This document shows positions 1 to 7,986 of a DNA stretch of 64,000 bases, piece by piece. Every line of letters starts with the position of its first letter. Within the stretch, counting starts at the first letter, position 1. This stretch comes from Candidatus Chisholmbacteria bacterium RIFCSPHIGHO2_01_FULL_52_32 (GTDB lineage: Bacteria; Patescibacteriota; Microgenomatia; UBA1400; Chisholmbacteraceae), in assembly GCA_001816585.1 (NCBI GenBank), contig MHCJ01000003.1, positions 586,681 to 650,680 of the forward strand, written 5' to 3'. The translations under genes were made by a program, and so were the position numbers. The notes under the pieces were generated by a model that saw only the letters and a list, made by a program, of their open reading frames with translations, was not told the origin of the DNA and searched no databases.

Positions 1-1219
1 AAATATCCCAGCTGCTTCCTACAACTTCCTCCATCCAGACGGCGTAAGCGTAGCCTGATGCGTCAACAGCCACATCGGGGGCAAGTTTGCGACGAGAGAT
101 GTCAGGAGTAACGAGGGTATTCGGACTCCAGGTCTCATCTGCCTCCCTATAAGCAGAGTAGATCTCATAGGGATCAGCAGGGATGGTGCTTCGGTTATCC
201 GCCCAGACCACAACGGCCTCCCCGGAAGGGTTGACAGCAATTGCCGGGAAATCACGGTAGCCATTTTGGGTGTCGTTGACTTGACTGATCGGGTCCCATA
301 CTCCGCTCGCGTTCCGCTTGCGGAAGGCAATCTCCCAGTCCGGAGTGGCTAGTGCCCAAACCACATAGGAATTCGCGGAGGCGTCAATTCCGACATCGGG
401 GTTTTGGCCGAAAGCGGTGGAGACGGGTTCATTGGCACCCCAAGATGCTCCATGTAGGCGATAGGAGAAATAGATCTGCTGGAGTCCATTGCGCAAATCC
501 GTCCAAACCACAGCAGCATTCCCGTCTTGATCGACCGTCAGGGAGGGACCTCGTGTTCCGCTCGTAATCACGGAACTAGAGACATCGTTTACCGGAGTAT
601 CGGATCCCCACCCTCCTCCGCTCGGGCGATAATCGAAGTAGAGGTCTTGATCGTAGGGATCGGGGGTAGGGTTGTGCCTATCATACCAAGTGGCATAGGC
701 ATTTCCCGCAGGATCAACGGCAATATCCGCATAGGGAATGGCTTGGGCATCGGGATCGGTGACCTGTTCCCGAACGAGGGCTTCCGTGGCCCAGCCTCCC
801 CCGGCAGGAAGAAAGACAAACCAGAGTTTCCCAAGGCTTTCCCAAAGCACATAGGCATTCCCTCCTGCGTCCACGGCGATACTCGGTTCGTCGCCGACCG
901 TTAAGGCATCGTTCACCTGTACTTCAGATCCCCACGTTCCACCCGCTGGCCGGTAATCAACGTAGATGTCAAAGTGATTGCTATTTCGCTTATCCATCCA
1001 GACCGCGAAGGCGTTGCCCGCCCCATCAACCGTAACTGAAATTGCCGGATACCATTGGTCGGCAGCACCTGTGTCATCGTTGACCCGGACAGAAGGGCTC
1101 CAGCTAAGGTTCGTTTGTGCGTTGGCTTTGTTGCCGGTTTTGAAGAGTAATAACGGTACGATAGTGACTATGAGAAGCAAACAGAAGAGACACTTTAGCT
1201 TCACAAAATCTTTCTTCAA
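1..1219 (-). CDS. Secreted beta-propeller/BNR-sialidase-like repeat protein (partial, runs off left edge; absent from ORF track)
   Basis: Manual translation from TTG at 1219 (or GTG 1204) is open to position 2. Signal peptide (..LFCLLLIVTIVPLLLFKTGNKANAQ) then about 7 repeats of P-x-IAVD-xxGNAYAVW-x-D-x-R...DIY..YRP.GG.WG....VND. Confidence 0.75.
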   Translation of the reverse strand, partial: MKKDFVKLKCLFCLLLIVTIVPLLLFKTGNKANAQTNLSWSPSVRVNDDTGAADQWYPAISVTVDGAGNAFAVWMDKRNSNHFDIYVDYRPAGGTWGSEVQVNDALTVGDEPSIAVDAGGNAYVLWESLGKLWFVFLPAGGGWATEALVREQVTDPDAQAIPYADIAVDPAGNAYATWYDRHNPTPDPYDQDLYFDYRPSGGGWGSDTPVNDVSSSVITSGTRGPSLTVDQDGNAAVVWTDLRNGLQQIYFSYRLHGASWGANEPVSTAFGQNPDVGIDASANSYVVWALATPDWEIAFRKRNASGVWDPISQVNDTQNGYRDFPAIAVNPSGEAVVVWADNRSTIPADPYEIYSAYREADETWSPNTLVTPDISRRKLAPDVAVDASGYAYAVWMEEVVGSSWDI

Positions 1220-1238
1220 TTTATTTCATTTGCTTGTA

Positions 1239-1535
1239 CTATTCTTTATAGATCGGCTTGACGAAGACACCGGGTTTTTGATGGTTGACGGGGATTTTCA
1301 GCGATGCCCCAAGCGCGTTGGCCACAGCGACTCCGACATTGAGATCCGGTGAGGGGCCCGGATTCACCTGGATTTCCGTGAGCTTTTCTTTTGACGTGCC
1401 GGCTTTTTTGAGGACCTCATCGATGAGTTTTAAGACATCCTCGCCGCGGGGGGACCGGATGGATTTGACGAGCTCGGTTGTCTCTATCCTGACAACAATC
1501 CGTTTACTGTCCGTAGTATCTATAAATAAAAGCAT
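1239..1535 (-). CDS. tsaB: Miniature TsaB/YeaZ-like protein (t6A pathway)
   Basis: LFIDTT N-terminus and VNPGP..L.VGVAVANAL motif; about 98 aa, N-terminal half only. Confidence 0.7.
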   Translation of the reverse strand: MLLFIDTTDSKRIVVRIETTELVKSIRSPRGEDVLKLIDEVLKKAGTSKEKLTEIQVNPGPSPDLNVGVAVANALGASLKIPVNHQKPGVFVKPIYKE

Positions 1536-1556
1536 AGGCAAAGAGATTTTTAGCTT

Positions 1557-1586
1557 GTCCTCCTTCGCATAAAGCTTCGAAAGGAC
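1557..1586. repeat. REP-like hairpin (gtcc-tccttcg-cataaagctt-cgaa-aggac) embedded in a heptamer array
   Basis: Inverted repeat seen between vanZ-like stop and tsaB start. Confidence 0.55.
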
Positions 1587-1589
1587 GCA

Positions 1590-1630
1590 GTAGCTTTTTA
1601 GCTTTTAGTCTTTAGTTTTTAGTCTTAAGT
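1590..1630. repeat. Heptamer array (TTAGCTT/TTAGTCT/TTAGTTT) overlapping the VanZ C-terminus
   Basis: tagcttt ttagctt ttagtct ttagttt ttagtct; encodes LRLKTKD-stop on the minus strand. Confidence 0.7.
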
Positions 1631-1949
1631 AGGCAATGTACATGCCGAATGCGTCGAAGCCTATGTCGGTGATCTTTGCAGTTCTTCCTGAAACGAATGA
1701 CTGGTGGTATTCATCCGACAGCGCAAACGCAAGACTAAAGAGCAGGGCTGTCCGCCAATTCCCGGGTTGGCCAAGCGCTTTGTAGGTCAGGATAAAAAGC
1801 ACGGTGTATTCAAAAACATGGGCGGCTTTCTTCAAGATAAAATCCCACCAGATGAACCCGACAACCGGAATGGTGGGTAAGGAGGAGAAGGCAAAGATCA
1901 CAGCACACCAGGTGATGACTTTCCAGTATTGCTTTAGGAAGGTTGACAT
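1605..1949 (-). CDS. VanZ family membrane protein
   Basis: KKAAHVFEY, SDEYHQSFVSGR, DIGFD motifs. Confidence 0.85.
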   Translation of the reverse strand: MSTFLKQYWKVITWCAVIFAFSSLPTIPVVGFIWWDFILKKAAHVFEYTVLFILTYKALGQPGNWRTALLFSLAFALSDEYHQSFVSGRTAKITDIGFDAFGMYIAYLRLKTKD

Positions 1950-1960
1950 ACGATAGTGCA

Positions 1961-2002
1961 GATTAATGATTTACGATTCATGATTTACGAATTAAGAGCT
2001 AA
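1961..2002. repeat. Heptamer array (GATTTAC family)
   Basis: gattaat gatttac gattcat gatttac gaattaa gagctaa, just upstream of the VanZ ATG. Confidence 0.7.
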
Positions 2003-2025
2003 CCATTCCTATTATATCGCGGTTT

Positions 2026-2913
2026 TTAGATCTCTTCTTCAGAAGTTTCGTTCCGCTTGTTTTTCCTGCGGAGGCCGCGGAATCTCTCCCGAAGGAACGG
2101 CAATGCGGCTCCGGCAAGAAGGAGCAGTCCTGCGAGACTGATGACGATGGGGGCGGTATATTGGGAAGCTACTTTTTTTTCCTGTTCGGTTTTTTCTTGC
2201 GATTCTTTTTTGTCTTCGGCTTCCGGTTGCGTTGAAAGAGAAATCTCCGTTGCCGCCACAGAGCTGTCCTCATCCTCCGATTCGCCTAAGACTTCGGGCT
2301 TTGGGGTCGGCGAGGGTGCCGGTTTGGTCGTGGGTTTTGCGGTAGGTTTCGGTGTTGGGGACGGTGCTTGGGTAGGCGTCTTGGTTGGGGTCGGTTCTTG
2401 GGTTGGTTCGGGGACATCGGTTGGTTCCGGAGTGGGAGTTGGCAAAACGTTCGCTGACCCCTCCGTGGGGCTCAATTCCTGAGCAGAGATATCTCCACCG
2501 TCCGGAATTCTTCCCCATGTTTTTCCTTCGCTTGAACTGCTATAGGAAAACGTATCAACAACGGTCTCCTGGCTGAGGAGTTGAATCGCTTCATCTCCAT
2601 CATTGTTCAGGGAAAACGTCGTGTGGCCGCTGCGGTGGATGACTAGCCATCCCCCATCTGAGAGTATGGTTTCTCCGTCGGTATGTATAGCGTCAATCGT
2701 CAATTCATTTCCCGCTGCATCTTTGAGGACGTACCCGTTGACGTCGAGATCTTGACCGGTTGGGTTGTAGAGCTCCAACCATTCCCCTATTTTGTCCTCG
2801 CCCTCGGGGTTCGGAAGTACCTCGTTAATGACAATTTGGGCGAATACCCGGGAAGGCAATGCAAGAAGAACAACCGTAGCAAAGAAACCCAAGGTGAGAA
2901 CTTCATGTCTCAC
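2026..2913 (-). CDS. Lamin-tail-domain surface protein with Pro/Thr linker and C-terminal TM anchor
   Basis: Signal peptide, IVINEVLPNP..D..GEWLELYN, LNNDGD motif, PTPTPEPT linker, TM plus basic tail; GTG start after AAGGA. Confidence 0.8.
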   Translation of the reverse strand: MRHEVLTLGFFATVVLLALPSRVFAQIVINEVLPNPEGEDKIGEWLELYNPTGQDLDVNGYVLKDAAGNELTIDAIHTDGETILSDGGWLVIHRSGHTTFSLNNDGDEAIQLLSQETVVDTFSYSSSSEGKTWGRIPDGGDISAQELSPTEGSANVLPTPTPEPTDVPEPTQEPTPTKTPTQAPSPTPKPTAKPTTKPAPSPTPKPEVLGESEDEDSSVAATEISLSTQPEAEDKKESQEKTEQEKKVASQYTAPIVISLAGLLLLAGAALPFLRERFRGLRRKNKRNETSEEEI

Positions 2914-2923
2914 GTTATTCCTT

Positions 2924-4165
2924 TTAAAGATAATCCACATGGAGGTAGTAGGTATCGATGTCTGAGTCGCTGTGGTCAACTTTGACGTAGCGGAGGGTAC
3001 AGCCGCTCGCTCCAACATACGAACCACGGAAGAGCTTCCCCGCTTTGGTTGATTTCACCGTCAGCGAACTATTATAAATGTCGAGGCCGTTATGAAACCG
3101 ATAGATACTTCCTACCCAGGTGTTGCGTACCGCCCAAGTTTCGCCGTACCCCTGAGAAAACTTCACCGGAGTATCAACGGGCCAGTTCCAATCACCCGAA
3201 GGACTGAACGAGTCGCCATCGGTGCTTCCGCAGGATGAGCCGGAACAGTTCTCGTGATCGACTGACTTTAAGTAATTGAATGGGTTCTCAACGGAGTTCC
3301 CTTTCACTGCAGTAAAGTGGAGATGCGGGCCGTTTGAGTTGCAGGAAGCGCCCGAGATCATCCGCGCGATCGTTTGTCCCTCACTGACATTCCCGACCTC
3401 CGTTTCCGTCCCACCTCCGGCAAGGACATTCTGGATCGCCTCAAACTCCGCCCTGGCGCGGGCCAAAAGATCCTGGTATCTCTTCTCATCATTCTTCGTT
3501 TCTTCCAAAACCTTTTTCTTCCCCGCTTGTTGTTCGGCAAGTTTTCCTTTTTGGCCAATCAGGTCTGTCTTCAAACCCAGTACTTCCTCCTGTTTCTCTT
3601 CCTTCAAGATTTTCTGTTGGTCGAGTGTGGCGCGTTCCTGTTCGAGCTCGAACATGATTTTCCGGTCGTTTGTCTGTGCCGCCCGAAGATACTTGTACCG
3701 ATTGATGAAATCCGAAAACCCATCAGATGACACGAGGAGGAATAAGGGCTGGAGTTTTACCTGTTTGTAGGTTGCCGCGATTCTCTTTAGGAGAACTTGC
3801 GTTGTTTCTTCAAGCGAAGTATCCAAAATCGCGATTTTTGCCGTGAGGAGCTCAATCTCTTTCTCCAATTGTTCAATTTGATAGATCGTCTGGTTGATTT
3901 TGCTTTGGGTGAGTGCAATTTGACTGTTTAAATAATTGACTGCGCTCTGGAGGGTAGTTTTTTTTGAGGTGGTTTCGGCAAGCTTTGCCTCGCACGCCTG
4001 CCGTACTTCCTGAAGGCATGAAAGTCTCTCACTTTCCGACCGGTCAGAACAGCTGTCCTCGCACGATACCGATAGCGCGCTTCCGGGAAAGAACGTTACC
4101 GCGACTATCAGGAAGAGGACAACAGGAAAGGCCATCACCCACACACCGAGCTTTTTCATAGCCAT
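2924..4165 (-). CDS. Coiled-coil plus M23 peptidase (EnvC/PcsB-like FtsEX partner)
   Basis: Signal peptide, long coiled coil, GPHLHF and HNGLD M23 motifs; follows ftsX. Confidence 0.8.
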   Translation of the reverse strand: MAMKKLGVWVMAFPVVLFLIVAVTFFPGSALSVSCEDSCSDRSESERLSCLQEVRQACEAKLAETTSKKTTLQSAVNYLNSQIALTQSKINQTIYQIEQLEKEIELLTAKIAILDTSLEETTQVLLKRIAATYKQVKLQPLFLLVSSDGFSDFINRYKYLRAAQTNDRKIMFELEQERATLDQQKILKEEKQEEVLGLKTDLIGQKGKLAEQQAGKKKVLEETKNDEKRYQDLLARARAEFEAIQNVLAGGGTETEVGNVSEGQTIARMISGASCNSNGPHLHFTAVKGNSVENPFNYLKSVDHENCSGSSCGSTDGDSFSPSGDWNWPVDTPVKFSQGYGETWAVRNTWVGSIYRFHNGLDIYNSSLTVKSTKAGKLFRGSYVGASGCTLRYVKVDHSDSDIDTYYLHVDYL

Positions 4166-4204
4166 ATTCAGTCTAGCGAAACTGAACTCATTTTCAAATG
4201 GAAG

Positions 4205-5074
4205 CTATCGGATGAATCTTCTTGCTGCAAGGAGGCTTGCTATACTACCGATGACCGTCCCGAAGATGAGCATCCCCAAGAGAAGTACAAACATGAAGAG
4301 GAACGGCACCGGAAGAAGCGGGATGTCCCCTAAGAACGAAACGAGAAACGGCGTTGAATAGAGAAGGACAAGGTAGGCAGCGCCCCAAGCAAAAAAGGCC
4401 CCCAATACCCCATAGCTTACCCCTTCAACCAAAAAGGGTCCGAGAATATACCATTGGGTTGCTCCCAGCAACCGCAGGATTTCGATCTCGGTCCGGCGGG
4501 CTGAAATCCTAAGACCGATGATGATGAGGATAATGAGAATTGAGGTTAATGCCAGGAAACCAACGAGGGCGATGCCTGAGATACGGATAGCCCTTGTCCA
4601 ACTCGTCAAGGCTGTGATGACGTCCTCCTGATAAACCACCTCTTCTACCCCCGGCTGACCGGTTACTGCCGAAGCAATTTCCCGGAAATAGGTTACATCG
4701 GATGCAGAAATCTCCAAACTCGCGGGAAGGATATCGGCCGTAACCATTTCAAGAAGGAGAGGGTCATCCTGGTTCTCCTTCCGGTATATTGAAAGGGCCT
4801 CATCTTTTGAGATGAACTTCGTCTCAGAAACCCCCGGCGTTTGGCTCAATTTCTCCTGCACTTTCTGAATTTGGTCATCCGCGGCGTCGTCCTTGAAAAA
4901 GACGGTTACCTGAGGGCGCGTTTCAAAATAATGAAGGATTTGCTCGGACCCTGCCATCACCAGGAAGTAGAGCGCGGCAATAAAAAAGGTTAAGGTCAGC
5001 ACCACAATTGCGGCGAGCGCCTGGTACGGCGTCCGTCTCATGTGTTTATAGGCAGTGGTTAGGCTTTTTTTCAT
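4205..5074 (-). CDS. ftsX: Cell division permease FtsX
   Basis: 4-TM pattern, ISKDEAL, LPASLEI, RRTEIEILRLLGAT; downstream of ftsE. Confidence 0.9.
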   Translation of the reverse strand: MKKSLTTAYKHMRRTPYQALAAIVVLTLTFFIAALYFLVMAGSEQILHYFETRPQVTVFFKDDAADDQIQKVQEKLSQTPGVSETKFISKDEALSIYRKENQDDPLLLEMVTADILPASLEISASDVTYFREIASAVTGQPGVEEVVYQEDVITALTSWTRAIRISGIALVGFLALTSILIILIIIGLRISARRTEIEILRLLGATQWYILGPFLVEGVSYGVLGAFFAWGAAYLVLLYSTPFLVSFLGDIPLLPVPFLFMFVLLLGMLIFGTVIGSIASLLAARRFIR

Positions 5075-5847
5075 TCTTCCCGCGCCTTTCCGGCCTTCGT
5101 CTCTTGCGTTTCCTCTTTATGCTTGTCTTCCTTGCTGTCGTCCTCTGTCTTCTTCTCTCCCGTCTTTTCTTTGTGTGTCTTGGCTTCTTTGGTGTCCCTG
5201 ACGATCCTGCCTTTCTCGAGCTCTATGATCCGTTTCTTGAGGGCATTGACAATCTCCTCGCTGTGGGTTGCCACCATAACCGTTGTTCCCGCCTGATTAA
5301 TTTTTTGGAGCAATTTAATGATTTCCCATCCGCTGATCGGGTCAAGGTTCCCGGTCGGCTCATCCGCAAAAAGGATCTTCGGATTGGTGGTAAGCGCCCG
5401 TGCGATCGCCGTCCGTTGGAGTTCCCCTCCGGATAATTGGGTCGGGAAAAGATCGGCCTTTTCTTTCAGGCCAACGGTTGCCAGGATTTCTTCAACCTGC
5501 GTTGCGATCTCTTCGTTGGTCCGTTTCAACATCTCCGAGACCATCGCCACATTTTCTTTGACCGTGTGATCCTCAAGAAGCTTGTAATCCTGAAAGATTG
5601 CTCCTATCTGGCGTCTGAGGGCTGGCAATTTGTTTTTTTTAAGCAGTGAAATGTCTTCACCCTCGATGCGGACGATTCCCGAGGTTGGCTTTATTTCCGA
5701 GAGCAGGAGACGGAGGATCGTTGTTTTCCCGGCTCCTGAAGGACCAATGAAAAACACGAACTCTCCTTTATCGATCGTGAAGGTCACGTCTTCGAGGGCA
5801 ACGGTCCGGTTGGGAAACGCTTTGGTGATGTTTTCGAAGACAATCAT
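5071..5847 (-). CDS. ftsE: Cell division ATP-binding protein FtsE
   Basis: GPSGAGKT, FQDYKLL, LSGGE, ADEPTGNLD; charged C-terminal tail. Confidence 0.9.
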   Translation of the reverse strand: MIVFENITKAFPNRTVALEDVTFTIDKGEFVFFIGPSGAGKTTILRLLLSEIKPTSGIVRIEGEDISLLKKNKLPALRRQIGAIFQDYKLLEDHTVKENVAMVSEMLKRTNEEIATQVEEILATVGLKEKADLFPTQLSGGELQRTAIARALTTNPKILFADEPTGNLDPISGWEIIKLLQKINQAGTTVMVATHSEEIVNALKKRIIELEKGRIVRDTKEAKTHKEKTGEKKTEDDSKEDKHKEETQETKAGKAREE

Positions 5848-5918
5848 GGCTGTGGATAATCCCACACCAAAACCCGGTTATTCAGACCCGAAGTGTTTTG
5901 GGGTAGGACTGACGATTG

Positions 5919-6467
5919 CTATTCTTCTTCAGGAGGATTCGGGTCTTGGGCATTTAGCTCAAGGATTTCCACTCGACCGACATCCATGAGCCAGCCTGCT
6001 GTCTGTGCGGAAAAGGTTTCCCCCCAAAGCTTCACCTTATGGTTTACGAATCGCTCAAGATCAACAACCGAAGAGGTGAGGTAGACGTTTTGCGATTCTC
6101 CTCCGGTCCGAGACAGATGGTGGGAACCTTCTCCGTCGATACCGCCCCTTATAAGCACTCCTTCTACCTCGTCCCGGAAGGTCTTCTCATCGGGATTCCC
6201 AAAGACGTCTCCGACTTTCAGGCCTTCCTTGCCTATGGTTTCCGTTGATTTGAGGGATTTGGACTTTCCCAGGCTCGTTGAGAGAACGTAACCCGTTCCC
6301 ACCCCTGCTATAAGGATCGCCAAGACGATGAGGGCGGTTTTCAGGATCGGACCTTTTCCCTCCTTCGGAGGCTCTTTGATGAGAATCGAGGCTTGCCTTT
6401 TTTCCGGCGTCTCCGCCATGGGCGGCTTGGCGACTGTTTCTGGTTGAGGCGGCGGTTGATCGGGCAT
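5919..6467 (-). CDS. Single-TM hypothetical protein with beta-rich C-domain
   Basis: Intact ORF with one TM helix and GGIDGEGSHHL...YLTSSVVDL. Confidence 0.7.
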   Translation of the reverse strand: MPDQPPPQPETVAKPPMAETPEKRQASILIKEPPKEGKGPILKTALIVLAILIAGVGTGYVLSTSLGKSKSLKSTETIGKEGLKVGDVFGNPDEKTFRDEVEGVLIRGGIDGEGSHHLSRTGGESQNVYLTSSVVDLERFVNHKVKLWGETFSAQTAGWLMDVGRVEILELNAQDPNPPEEE

Positions 6468-6469
6468 GT

Positions 6470-6585
6470 ATCAAGTTAAAAATTAAAAGTTAAAAGTTTA
6501 AAATTACAATTTCAAGTTTAAAGTTAAGAACATCATTTTGAATTTAAAACTGCAACTTTTCACTTTTCACTTTACACTTTGAACT
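6470..6585. repeat. Paired inverted heptamer arrays (AAAAGTT-type then TTTTCAC-type)
   Basis: aaaaatt aaaagtt aaaagtt taaaatt ... ttttcac ttttcac tttacac tttgaac, between prfB stop and next ATG. Confidence 0.85.
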
Positions 6586-6608
6586 GCTTCTCTACTATAC
6601 CATAGCCT

Positions 6609-7712
6609 CTATTTCCGAGACAATTGACGGACCTCGGCGTCCACAAAAGCATCCAACTTTCCATCAAGAACCGCTTCTGTTGCGGAGGTTTCGATATCGG
6701 TGCGAAGGTCTTTTACCATGTGATATGGGTGTAATACGTAGGAGCGAATCTGATTTCCCCAACCAGCGATCTTGTGTTCTCCCTTCAAACGCTTCAGTTC
6801 TGTCTCATGTTCTTTGTCTTTTCGCTCCCAAAGCTTTGCGGCAAGAAGTTCGAGGGCCAGCTTTCTGTTCTGTTCCTGATACCGCTGTGATTGACATTCG
6901 ACGGTAATACCTGTCGGGATATGTTTGAGGCGTACGGCCGTTGAAACCTTGTTGACATTCTGCCCACCGTGGCCTGATGAACGAAAGGCTTGGAACTCGA
7001 TGTCATCGTCGCGGAGTTGAACGTCTTCGGGCTTTTCGATATGGGGCATCACCTCTACCAGGGCAAATGAGGTTTGGCGGAGTTGATCGGCATTAAACGG
7101 ACTCTGGCGGACCAGACGGTGAACCCCTGCTTCCCCTTTCAAAAAGCCGTAAGCAAGGCGTCCATGAGCAAAAATGGTTGCGGATTTGATGCCGGCCTCT
7201 TCCCCCGGAATTTCCGTCACGAGCTGCCATTTCCACCCCGAGCGTTCCGCAAAGCGTGTGTACATCCGTAAAAGCATTGATGCCCAATCCATTGCCTCGG
7301 TTCCCCCTTGGCCTGCATGGATCGAAAGGATCGCCGAATCTCCATCATGCGGCCCCGAGAGAAAGGTGCGAAGCTCGAGGCTTTTCAATTTTTCCTCAAG
7401 TTTCCCCGTTCCCTCTTCAAGCTCTTTCGCCATTTCAGCGTCCTGGCTCTTTTCTGCGAGAAAAAGGTCGAGAAACTTGACTGTTTCATCCGTTTCTTTT
7501 TCGAGTGCTTCGATCGCTTCGATGGTTTCCTTACGCTTGTTAATTTCCTGCATGACTTTTTTTGCTTCGGCTTCGTCTCTCCAGAAATCCGGCTTTATCG
7601 ATCGCCCTTCGAGCTCACGCAGATTGGTCCGCATTTCATCAAGGTTGAGTCTTTCAGCGATTTCCCTGAGGTTGGTTTGTACTTTGGTCAATCTTTCGTG
7701 GAGGGGTTCCAT
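6609..7712 (-). CDS. prfB: Peptide chain release factor 2 (no programmed frameshift)
   Basis: SPF motif, [15 protein letters not shown]; single open frame. Confidence 0.95.
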   Translation of the reverse strand: MEPLHERLTKVQTNLREIAERLNLDEMRTNLRELEGRSIKPDFWRDEAEAKKVMQEINKRKETIEAIEALEKETDETVKFLDLFLAEKSQDAEMAKELEEGTGKLEEKLKSLELRTFLSGPHDGDSAILSIHAGQGGTEAMDWASMLLRMYTRFAERSGWKWQLVTEIPGEEAGIKSATIFAHGRLAYGFLKGEAGVHRLVRQSPFNADQLRQTSFALVEVMPHIEKPEDVQLRDDDIEFQAFRSSGHGGQNVNKVSTAVRLKHIPTGITVECQSQRYQEQNRKLALELLAAKLWERKDKEHETELKRLKGEHKIAGWGNQIRSYVLHPYHMVKDLRTDIETSATEAVLDGKLDAFVDAEVRQLSRK

Positions 7713-7752
7713 AGGGATAGGAATAGGGTTTAGGGTTTAGGGTTTAGGGTTC
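7713..7752. repeat. (AGGGTTT)n array abutting prfB start
   Basis: agggatag gaat (agggttt)x3 agggttc; resumes at 7828-7841. Confidence 0.9.
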
Positions 7753-7826
7753 CCGCCATTCGTTTCGCGATCTTCGGCAGACTGCCTATTCGGCCGTTTC
7801 CGAATTCGGAAACTTCGGCGGGCAGG
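7752..7826. repeat. REP-like palindromic element interrupting the AGGGTTT array
   Basis: Terminal cccgcc/ggcggg-cagg; internal perfect palindrome tttccgaattcggaaa (7797-7812). Confidence 0.6.
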
Positions 7827-7986
7827 TAGGGTTTAGGGATAAAGTAAAATGTTTAATGTTTAATGTTTAAGATATCAGATTTGAAAATATAGAATTAAGA
7901 ATAAAGACCAAACATGTTTGGATGGGTTGGCACCTTCCTTGATAGCACCTTATTATACCTTGTGAAGTCTTTATATCTTCGGAGGG

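Noticed and set aside
2280-2445. Repeats in the lamin-tail gene as a DNA element
   Set aside because: Explained by a Pro/Thr protein linker.
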